Origin: Anthoceros angustus | Lineage: Eukaryota; Plantae; Anthocerotophyta | Assembly: GCA_010909165.1 (NCBI GenBank) | Contig: MU008158.1 | Span: forward strand, 2,071,478 to 2,135,477 | Length of the DNA: 64,000 nt | Reading direction: 5' to 3' | Shown: in pieces, positions 1-10,153 of the stretch | How the letters are laid out: every line of letters starts with the position of its first letter | Position numbering within the stretch: position 1 is the first letter of the stretch | Made by a program: the position numbers and the translations under genes | The notes under the pieces: model-generated | Database searches by the model: none | Told to the model about the DNA's origin: nothing | The model's input: only the letters and a program-made list of their open reading frames with translations

Positions 1-670
1 AACTTTAGTTGTTCCTTGGAAGCAGCCTGCAATTGCTTGAACTGAGGTAGACCGCAAGGTGGAGCAGTTGGTTGTGGGCGAAGAACGGGCTGGCCTTTCC
101 TCTAAGCTAAGAAGTATGAATTTGCCGCTGAAAGAAAAGAGAAGACACGTTCTCCAATGGACATTTAGAGCTACATTTGTCAATCACCCAAGTCTAACGC
201 ATTTCCAGTGCCAGCTGCAAACATCTGCATGTAACAAACGAGTGAAGACAAGTCTTGTCTCCATAAAGGCACATGCGTGGATGTCTTTCGAGTCGGCTCT
301 TCTTCTTGTTCCTGAAGCGTGTGTGATACCTTGCCTGTGGCTCATATTGGGAACATTCCGCAGAAAATGTGTGTCTTAGCATGGGGGACACTGATTCTGT
401 GAAATGAAATCAGAGAATAATGCCCACCCAGTTCAGCAACCTTCACAACTAGCTTCAGGTTCTCACCTGATCTCAAAAGGCAGCATGGCTGACTGGCGGA
501 TCACTCCACATGTTTGTTGCCTGCCAAACTAAGTCTGTAGGCTCGGATATCCCATGAAAGCCACTTGCATTCTGTCATCTTTGGCACTTGGACTGTGAGG
601 CTGCCCTGCTCCTTCGATTGCCACATCTGTCACACAGGAGCTTGGAAGCCGCAATCCACAAGCCCTACAT

Positions 671-1144
671 TTAGCTGGCGAGCTTGAAAGCATCAATGAA
701 GAGGCCATACGTGAAACCCAGCTTGAAATTGTTGAGCAGAGCAGCCGGGAAGGATGCCTTCTTGCGGGTGCGGTAGTACAGAGTCACGTACTCGGTGAAG
801 AGCACACAGACAGCAGCAGCGATGACATCGTTCACCCCAAGAGCTCCGAACGACAGATTGATGGTCTGCGCAACATAGAAACCGCCCAACAAAGAGATCC
901 CTCCCCACAAAGCTCTCCGGAACGGGCTCTTGAAGTAGGTGGTGGTGTAGCCGGGCAGGAGGCGGATCACATCCACCAGCCGCAACCTCTGCCTCTGCCG
1001 CCCTCCTTGGGCTGCTCTCACCCGCACCTGGACTGCCCGGGAACAAAACCTCTGCACAGGCCTCACGTGCCGGAGGCCCGGCAAAGGGGACCCGATGCGT
1101 GTCGCAGCAGCACCTACTGGGAGCTCCCAGGCGTGCAGCAGCAT
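671..1144 (-). CDS. NPQ6: Ycf20-like chloroplast protein (NPQ6 type), intronless, with N-terminal transit peptide
   Basis: C-terminal half SPFRRALWGGISLLGGFYVAQTINLSFGALGVNDVIAA...LLNNFKLGFTYGLFIDAFKLAS is recognisable as the plant Ycf20/NPQ6 family. ATG at 1144; the N-terminus is R/A/S-rich. Confidence 0.9.
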   Translation of the reverse strand: MLLHAWELPVGAAATRIGSPLPGLRHVRPVQRFCSRAVQVRVRAAQGGRQRQRLRLVDVIRLLPGYTTTYFKSPFRRALWGGISLLGGFYVAQTINLSFGALGVNDVIAAAVCVLFTEYVTLYYRTRKKASFPAALLNNFKLGFTYGLFIDAFKLAS

Positions 1145-1361
1145 CGGAACGCAGCTGACGCGGGAAGAAACTCTAGAGCAGGCAGACGCAGTTAACAGGG
1201 ACTCGCGGTTTCACCGATGGAACTGGACAGGGACGCCACGTCAGATGTCTCTGCGAGACTCCAGGCCGCCGCGTGGAGGAGTCCACTTCACCGCCCTCCT
1301 TTCAGGCTCTAGCAGCAGCAGGGAGGCGTGCATGCCAGGAGAAGCGTAGCGGGTCGCGAAG
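1145..1361. promoter_or_regulatory. Short divergent intergenic region (likely bidirectional promoter) between NPQ6-like and USP genes
   Basis: Only 217 bp separate the two oppositely oriented ATGs (1144 on -, 1362 on +). Confidence 0.55.
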
Positions 1362-3299
1362 ATGGCGCAGGGAAGGAAGATCGTTGTAGCTGTGGATGAG
1401 AGCGAGACCTCTGCGTATGCCTTCACCTGGGCCTTCCACAACCTGTTTAGGAAAGATGACCGCGTCATTGTGCTCAACGTGGCTCCATTTGTGGGGCTGA
1501 ACGACTTTGCAGACCCCGATTTGGCTGCCGGTGGGTTGCACAGCCTTCTGGGGCGCTGCTGCCCTTGTCTGCCCGAGTTTCTTCTGTCAGTGGCATAATT
1601 GTGTCTCATAAACATGGGTTGAGATTTGTCTGGGTGATTGTATGCGCCGTTGAGCCTGGGCATGCTATCCTAGTTCTCTCTTCGGTATTGGGAAGTTTGG
1701 AACACGAATCTTCTTGTGTCTGACGAAGTTCCGTCCAGAGTGTGCAGTGAGAACGGTGAAACCCATAACAGATAACGAGGCTGCTGAAAAGGCTGTGGCT
1801 GAGGACGCCAAAGCTCTTGTCCACAAGTACATGGATCAATGTGCTCGTGCTGGAGTAAGTTTGTTGTTCGGCCAAGGTCTTTTCTTGGTGTCGTGACTGT
1901 GAGGGTGAGGAAGGACTGGAATGCTCATACACGGAACGGCATGAAAACCTCAGATAGCATGCGAAGGTGAAGTTGTGAAAGGTGAAGCTGGTAGCTGGAT
2001 CGTGGATGAGGCAAAACGGAAGGGAGCGGATGTTGTTTGCGTCGGCAGTCATGGATACGGAATGTTGAAAAGGTGCTGGAATAGTTAGTCTTTGAACAGG
2101 CAGTGGATTTGTGCTGTGCTTTCATAGGAGATCTGGGACACTCTGGGAGGGTCCAGTAATGTCCAGGTGAGGAATTGAGACGGGACCGTCTGTCGACACC
2201 TGTGTCCTATTCTGTCAGAACAATTCTAGGGAGCATAAGCGACTACGTTTTACACCATGCTCCTTGCTCAGTCATAATTGTGAGGCAATCCGAGCACCTC
2301 GAGGATCACGATCCTTTGGGGTCATCAGGATTATCGAGAAAGGTTCTGATTGCTGTGGATGGTTCCAAGGAGGTACGATTCCCAGAGCTCCACAACTTCC
2401 TTGACAATGCCTTCAACCTGGTAGTGTCAAGTGGAAGCAGATGATTGGAGGTTGTAGAATCATTGGACACATTGCATAATGCGTTTGTGTAGTCAACCTA
2501 TGCTTTGATATGGGCGGTGGAGAACTTCTGCAACAAATCGGACAGGGTTATCATCTACCACGTCCAACCACAGAGTCTCGGGCCGTCATCAGGACTGGTG
2601 ACTGGTGCGTGCACGCCAAGGCTCTAAAACCATGATGCCGTGCGGCGTACTGGGCCCCCGTGTGGGAGTTTACATTTGGCTAACTTGGTTGGTTGAGGTG
2701 TGGTTGCTTTGCCTAGGTCCTTTCGGAATGCAGTCCGTGTTCATGCCAGCAGAAGAAGATGAGGAAAAGGTGGAGGTGCTGAAAGGAAGTGAGAAGATGG
2801 TGGAAGAGTACATGCAGTATGTGTGCGAGGAAGCTCAGGCAAGCGGTGAAGGGTTTTCAGTTTCCACAGTTGCAAGTGGTTGGATGGCATGTGCATCACA
2901 CAAGTCGCAAGATGCTGGCTGATCTCTCTTTCTCCTTCTCTTTTTCCTCCCTTCTCTCTCGTCTGTCGTCTGCAGATGAAGTGTGAGGGGGTGGTAGTAC
3001 AAGGGCCAACGGAGGTGAAGCTGTTCGAGGGAGTGAAAGCTTTGAAGGCCGATGCTGTAGTGGTGGGCTACCACGAGCACAGCCTGTTGGCCAGGTACTG
3101 TTGGGCCCCTCTGACAAGGCCTTGTTATTTTTCCAGATCCCTATTCCGGAAGCCATTACACATAACATTACGGCAATTGATGTGCAACGAAAGAGATGTG
3201 TGACAGTGTGGGTTTGCTTGCAGGACATTCCTCGGCAGCGTGAGCGACTATCTGTCTCACAACAGCCCGTGTCCTCTGATTGCGGTGAAAATGATGAAG

Positions 3300-3333
<34 letters not shown>

Positions 3334-3386
3334 CCTCTGATCCCCATGCTCCAGAGCAAAGAGATGAGCACCAGCACACAAGCTGA
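1362..3386 (+). CDS. Universal stress protein (UspA family) with two tandem USP domains; 8 exons approx. 1362-1530, 1739-1854, 1955-2071, 2219-2372, 2493-2604, 2717-2838, 2976-3095, 3224-3386
   Basis: Domain 1: RKIVVAVDES...VGSHGYG.LKR.ILGSISDYVLHHAPCSVIIV. Domain 2: RKVLIAVDGS...VVGYHE..LLARTFLGSVSDYLSHNSPCPLIAVK. Splice sites keep frame (one GC donor at 2839). TGA at 3384-3386. Confidence 0.9.
3301..3332 (+). repeat. (CAG/GCA)10 microsatellite encoding poly-Ala in the USP C-terminal tail
   Basis: Direct read cagcagcag...; read as GCA in the frame of the last exon. Confidence 0.9.
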
Positions 3387-6003
3387 TGATGGGCGATAAA
3401 AAAAGATCAGCCAGACTCGGTATGTATGTATGTATGTTCATCACTGTACAGGGTAGCAGTTGCCTGCTTTTGGCTGGACTTGAGGCTGTGATGAGTGAAG
3501 AGGAAGCAGCCAATGGAGAGGAATGTGTTGAGTGGCAGGACTGTGACGAACCAATGGGCTCACATGCGCGCAAGAGGTTTCCACTGTCCAGCCATTGGCT
3601 GTCCAGCTCATCACAACACAGACTGACAGTCCAAATCCTGCTACAGCACTGGACTCTGTATGTACATAGATATACCACATCCACACAACCCATTTGTATC
3701 CTGCCTCCATCTGGTATGTACAGTGTCGTGGTTGCAGGAGTCGTGCACTTGCCTATGAGCGCAGCACAGTTTGCGGCAGTTTGCGTCATGAGCGGTCAGA
3801 TGCCGAGCGTGGAGTCGGAGTTGGCATTGGGAGGGGAAGTGGACGACGCTCTGCTGGTGCGCATGTGGGGGCAGGCCAGACAGACCAGGAAAAGCAGCGT
3901 CAGAGGCACTGTTGGGAGATGTACTACTCTACTACTACAAATGTTTGTACAGACATGGAGACCACACAAATGCATGCAACAACAGTAACACTTTACCTTT
4001 CCTTTTCCTTTCCCTTCTTGTTACACAATCGGTTATGAACCACCGCTCTGCATTGCAGCAAGCAGCCACAACAGTCTCGTGACAAGCGCACTCACACAAC
4101 TCGTCACTTCACATAACCCATCCATGGAACCATGGTTTTGTCGTTTCACCTACCCGCTTTCTCACTATACGCCGATGGCATACGCCTCCGTTCTGCCATG
4201 CCACATGATGCGCAGGCTGTAGGAAATCGAAATCCGCTCCACTCCGCGCCGGGCTCAACGGCAGCATAACTGCCGGTACCAGGCCGGTCACCGGGTTCCA
4301 GGCGGTGGGCCGGGGCGGCCGGGCCCCGGGCCCGACACGGACCGGGCCGAGCCGAGTCGCCACAAGTCAAGCGTCGCACCCCGAAGTATTATCCGAATCG
4401 CGCCTCGCGGTCGCCTTCACACATGATAGCCTCCTAAATCAGGAATAGAACCGAATCCCGAACGTCAGCCCGATAACGGGCTCTGACGCTCTGACGCGCC
4501 CGGGCGGGCCGGAACTCGGGCCCGAGCCAAAGATATTCGAGCCCGCGGGGCCCCAGCCGGTTGCCAGTCACAACGTGTTGGTCCCGTAGTGGACACCACC
4601 TACATCAACCACCGGAGTCCCTTGTCCAACAGTATTTCCTTTTCCTTTTCCCTTTTCCTTTTTCCTTGTTCCTTTTCCTTTCCCAATTCCAATTCCTATT
4701 CCCCCGAATGGGATGGGATGGGATCGGATCGCAGCGTGACTCCAAAGGCCAGGGAAACGAATCCCTCACGTGGCGCTCTCGCTGGCCCGCTCCCCGTTCC
4801 TCCTCTCGGCGTCCCCGCTGCCAGTTGCAGATTCCAAAGCTCGCAAAAGCGAGGTAGGCGAGCGATTCCCACTTCCGGGCCCGGTCATGCTTTCTGGTCC
4901 CTGCCCGGCCCAGCCCGGCCCGGCCCCGCCCGGGTATTATCGTGTTTGGCCCCCTCCCAAGATTAGCCCAACCAGCCCAGGCTTGGCCCTCCTGCCACTC
5001 GGGCTATCCACACCAAACAAAGAAGAAGTCTTTTATAACACAAGCCCTTCCCTACCCGCCTGCCCAATCATCGCCCTCCCATGGCCCGCCTCCCTTGGGC
5101 TTCACGGCGGCGGCCCGCAGCTCTACCCACCTCTCTCTCCTTGCCTTCTTTGGCGTTTCTCTATCCAAGAATATCCTCTCTTTTATTTTATAATTTACAA
5201 TGTTTTAATCCTTAAATTTAATTTTATATATATTTCATATATTATTATGATTTTTATTTAATATCTAGAATCTAATTATAATTAATATCATATTAGAATA
5301 CCAACCAGATAGAATTTCGTAAAATAATCTGACAAACCCAAGAGGACATTGGACGAAAAGAAAGAGATCTCGAAGTCTTATAACTATATTGCATAAAAAG
5401 TGCATGATAGTGAGTCTTTTGATCACAATATGTGCAGTTGCATGTTTGCATTTTTGAGCGTATGGATCGTGGTGGGGTGTGACTAATGTATGGAGCTGGA
5501 GCTACATAATACCTGTGTGAACGAAATGTGTCTAATACACACACCTATTGTAAGGTATGTATGAGTTATGGTGAGCGTGTGTGATGTGTGTGTTTTGGGG
5601 AGGGGAGATGGGGTGTGTGTGGAGGAGAGAATATTCGGGTTGGGATTCTAACGCTGCCGAGGCTGCAGGCCCGGGGAGGCGCGGCGGAGTAAAAGTGGTA
5701 TTTGTATGGGGCCAGGCTAGCAGGGCGGGTGAAGGGTAGCCGAGCCGCGAGCCGCGAGCCGGCCGGCCCCTTCCGCTCATGTTTGCGCTGACGCAGACTC
5801 CAGCCTGTGAGAGAGACTTAGAAGCAGTCCCGGCCCGGCCTGGCCTCGTCTCGGCCTCGCTTCGCTCACTGTCTCCGCGTCTTCTGCGCCCGACGGCGAG
5901 CAGGCCAGGGAGGAGGAGGAGTCGGAGAAAAGGGACGACGAGCGCGGCATCGCCGCACTTGCCTTGGCGCTCACCTGCCATTGTGCTAGCAGCTCCAGCG
6001 GCA

Positions 6004-6047
<44 letters not shown>
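6004..6047 (+). repeat. (AGCC)11 microsatellite upstream of the NT-C2 gene
   Basis: Direct read. Confidence 0.95.
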
Positions 6048-6048
<1 letters not shown>

Positions 6049-6565
6049 ACCTTGGGCCGTTTTCCCTTGGCATGGACGCGCTCTCCCCCGAGGACGAGGC
6101 GGACCAGATTGGGCCTACCGCTGCTAGCGTCCTGTGCCAGGCCCCCCGTGCTATCTCAGCGTTGGCGGCACGGCAGCCTGGGACGATCCAGTAGGCTGGA
6201 GGCGGACGCTTCTTCTTCTGTGAGTGGTCTCGTCTCTTTACATGCCCTGTTGCTGCTCGTTGCCCGGGAGCTGCGTCTTGGTGCCTGATTGCGGGGCCCG
6301 GAGGCGCGGGGAGCTCAGCTCGGGGAGTGTGCTTGAGGAGGCTCTCGTGCTTGCGTGGGGAGGGGGAATTTTGCTTCTTGTAAAGGCTGCGGGGGAGGGG
6401 GAGAGGGAGAGGGAGTGAGGGTTGGGGGAGGGGAGTGGTGCGCGAGGGAGTTCTTGGCAGCTGGGAGGGGTTGCCTGTTCAATGCAGCTCAATTTCGTGG
6501 GCCTGTTGCATGTCTTGCTGTGCAGAGGAGGGGCTTGGTGGGGGAAGGAGAGCGTGAGTTGAGTA

Positions 6566-6590
6566 GGTAGAGTAGAGTAGAGTAGAGTAG
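6566..6590 (+). repeat. (GTAGA)5 microsatellite in the 5' leader
   Basis: Direct read gtagagtagagtagagtagagtag. Confidence 0.9.
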
Positions 6591-6641
6591 GGAGGAGTAG
6601 GGGGTTAGGTGAGGACGCGGACGCGGACGAAGCTGGCAGCC

Positions 6642-9295
6642 ATGGTGATGAAGGTGATGCGATGGCCCATGCGCCATCTCTTCTCCAAGAAGTATCAGGT
6701 GAACCTCACGCTGCACAGGCTGGAGGGCGCGGCGCTGGACGGGCTGGCGGATTCTCAGGTGCTTCTTGATGTCAAGTGGAAGGGGCCTAAGGGCACGCTT
6801 GGGTCGCGGTTCCGGAGGAGTATGAAGAGTGCCACAGGTGTTGAGGGCGCGCATGATCCAGATGCTGGTAGTATAGTCTGGGAGCACAAGTTCGAGCATG
6901 TCTGCGTGCTCAGCCTTGCCAAGACTGCCAGCTCCTTTCTGCCTTGGGATGTCTACTTCGTGATCCGCCAGGTTTGTTCATCACACCTTGCTCGTTCCTT
7001 TGGACCTTGGAAGCGTGGGGTCGCGTTGCCATGGGCAGGAGTGTCTGATGCCGCTCCCATGCCTGATTGCAGGTGGCAGTTTCTGGATCCAAAGCGAAGC
7101 GGTCGGTTGTCGGCACGGTCTTTGTCAATTTGGCTGCCTTCGCTTCAACGGAGGGCAACACATGTGAGGAGCAAAAGCTTCCAGTCATTTGCACCATCAA
7201 GGGAACGGAGACGGAAGCCTGCCTTGTTGTAAGCCACCCTTGCTGTCGCCTTTGTTGTTGGGGTTCGTTTGCTATCTGTTTGTGGCCAGTGCTGGACTTG
7301 TTGCAGGAAAGTGTTTGTTGATTTGTTCGGAACTTGTTTGCTTCAGGCAACCTTCGGCTTTGTGGAGCTGCGAACCACGTCTGAGAGTCCTGTAAGTCTT
7401 AAGGGTATGGCGCCGTCTTTCCCATGCATGGGAGCACCTCTTGGCTGGAGGGAAGTACGTGATGGGGACAGGACTGGCCTGAGGAAGGTCAAAGGATCTA
7501 AAGAGAGTGCAGCGGCACCCAAGGGGAAGAAGAGTCCTATGTATGATGACTCTACTGAGGATGGGAAGTCGTCTCCTCATAGTGAAGGTAGCACTCAGGA
7601 CTCCATCAGTGACCCGTACGACACAGACTTCGTGGAGGACTTTGACGATGAGGATTACCGTGAGGAAGACATGAGTTTTGTCAAGTCCTTCAGCTATGGA
7701 ACTATAGCAGGTGCCAACCTGGTAGTCGAAGGGGCCCTTCCTTTTCATCGGGAAGATGTCATGGTAGATGAAGCTACTGGGAGCGTGATATCCATTCACA
7801 GCAGAGCCGCTTCTGTGGGCATCCCCAAGTCTGATGAGGAGACTTCCAATGCAGATTCAGAATTGATGTTTTATCAGTCATCCATGCGAGGTCTTTTGTC
7901 TTGGAGGAAAAGGAAGCTGAGCTTTAGGTCGCCCCGTTCAAGAGGGGAGCCCTTGTTGAACAAGGCATTTGCCGAAGAAGGCGGTGATGAGATTGATTGG
8001 GACCGCCGCATGTCTGGAGCGCCTGAGCCACTTGCCATTTCGGTAAATCCCACCTCTTTGCTCTCCATGCTTGCTGCCTGGTTGGTAGGCCGTTTTTTTC
8101 GCTGGATGTGGTGCCATCCTGCTAAACTTCCTTGGCTTTGTATGTAAAGCAGGCTGGGACGGGGGATGACTTATTAGCTCAAGGTGCTGTGGACTTTGGT
8201 GGGGATGGCTTATTCAGTGTGGGAATATGGGAGCAAAAGGAAGTGGAGAATAGAGATAGGAACTTGAAGCTGTCGACAAGCGTTTTCTTTGCGTCGTTTG
8301 ACCAGCGAAGTGAGAGTGCTGCCGGTGAAAGCGCTTGCACAGCGCTTGTGGCAGTCATTGCTGACTGGTTGCACAAGTATCCAACTTGGATGCCCAGCAA
8401 GGCAGAGTTTGACATGCTCATCCGTGATGGGTCAGCCGAGTGGCGAAGGTTGTGTGAAGTGGAATCTTACAAGGACCGGTTTCCTGACCGGCACTTTGAT
8501 CTGGAGACTGTTCTGCAAGCTGGAGTGCGACCACTGTGTGTGGTTGCAGAGAAATCCTATATTGGGTTTTTCAAACCAGAGGGGCTGGGTGCTTCCTTTG
8601 AGTTTTTACAAGGGGCTATGACTTTTGATGGAATCTGGGATGAAATAGAGCGTGCTGGACCAGCTGTGTACATTGTAAGCTGGAATGATCATTTCTTTGT
8701 CCTGAAAGTGGAGGAGAACACGTATTACATTATTGACACATTGGGGGAGAGGCTCTATGAGGGATGTGATCAGGCCTATATTTTGCAGTTTGATGCTCGG
8801 TCATCACTTTGCCGGTTGAAAGAAGTAGCTCCTGCACAGGAAGCCTCAGCAAAGCTAACCAAAGAGGCACCAAAGGGTGACAAGGAGGCATCAAAGGTTG
8901 AGAAGGAGGTGGTAAAGGCCGAGAAGCAGGCAGCCAAGGCAGAGAAACAGGCGGTGAAGGTCGAGAGGAAGGTGGTCAAGGTAGAGGAGGCCGTGAAAGT
9001 AGAACAGGAGATGCCGAAGGTTGACGAGGAGGCAGCAAAGCCTGGAACTGAGATTGTGGAGGCTGTGACTGATAAGGAGATGGGCACAGATGCAGCGCAT
9101 GTTGGGAAGAAGGCATGCTGTGAGTTTGTGAAAGGATTCTTTGCGGCCCTTCCTTTGAGGGAATTGGAGAACGATATTAAGAAGGGCCTTCTGGGAAAGA
9201 TACCAATGCATCAGCGACTACAGATTGAGTTTCATTACACGATGCCGGTAACGCCGGTGACAACATCTCCCTGCATGGATCTCATAAGCTTCTAG
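6642..9295 (+). CDS. Plant NT-C2 (EEIG1/EHBP1-type C2) domain protein of the At3g11760/At5g04860-like family; exons 6642-6971, 7073-7228, 7347-8042, 8150/8153-9295
   Basis: MVMKVMRWP...KKYQVNLTLHRLEG...VKWKGPK; middle LLSWRKRKLSFRSP..RGEPLL.K...EEGGDEID.DRR; C-terminal ASFDQRSE.AAGESACTALVAVIADW...SWNDHFFVL...IIDTLGERLYEGC.QAYIL...HQRLQIEFHY. Canonical GT-AG junctions in frame; NAGNAG acceptor (AAGCAG) at 8147-8152. Confidence 0.9.
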
Positions 9296-10153
9296 CTTGT
9301 TGAGGAGGATGGGGTTAAGGTTGGGCTGGGATGAGGGGAGGGGAGGGCAGGGCAGGGCAGGACGGGGGGAGAGAGCGGGAAAGCTTAGCTTTGAGCACTG
9401 ACATCATTTTTTTTGAGCGGCGAGAGGAATAAAAAATTTGGAGTGAAGGTTGCATGGATGAAGCGGCTTCAAACTTAAAGCGATGACATTACAAGGGGGA
9501 CGGAAGGCAAGGAGAAGCATGCAGAGTACGTAAAACTCCTGTTGTACTATATTGGGCTCCCCTGAAGGTGGGAAGTAGTGGTCGAAAGCTGTCGCCGGGT
9601 GGTAATGTGTATGTAGAGTGAGCAGGTCGCCATGGCCAGAGGGTGATCTCTGGATTGGTTTTTGGTTGAAGATAGCTAGCTAGTCTGTTGCACCTTCAAG
9701 TTTTAGCTCCCCATAGCGTTATGTAACTGACTTGATTCTTAGAAGGGTGGTAGGAGCCCTGATGTGGAAGTGTTGATCCTTGGTGAAGGCTATGTGCACT
9801 GAAGAAGTGGTCCACTAGTATATTGGTTCCTAGTGTGTATTGCAGTACCATATTGTACTCTGTAACATCTGCTCTCCACCTGTGGTGAATGTACATTCTC
9901 TCAAATGCCAAATCTGATCTTTAATCGTCTACTTGTGCGCTGCCTTCGCATGGCCCATTTTTTGAATTCGGTGTCCCCTGCTGTGCATCGCTGCCTGGAC
10001 GGTGCAGTCCCTTGGCCGAGGCTGGAAACCCGAAGTTCTCCTTTCGACTGCCTCCCGTCAGGCCAGGGGTTGCAGCACGTCGATCCGTAGGAAGGGTAGA
10101 GAGTCCGTGTGTGTTTGCGCTACTCGTCATCGCTCCACACTAGGTAGGGAGAC

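Noticed and set aside
1-670. Short ORFs 59-379 and 194-391
   Set aside because: No recognisable homology; probably UTR or intergenic sequence, or part of a gene truncated by the window edge.
2896-3988. ORFs 2896-3789 (-) and 3386-3988 (+)
   Set aside because: They overlap USP exons or its 3' region, contain no recognisable domain and include microsatellite-derived runs.
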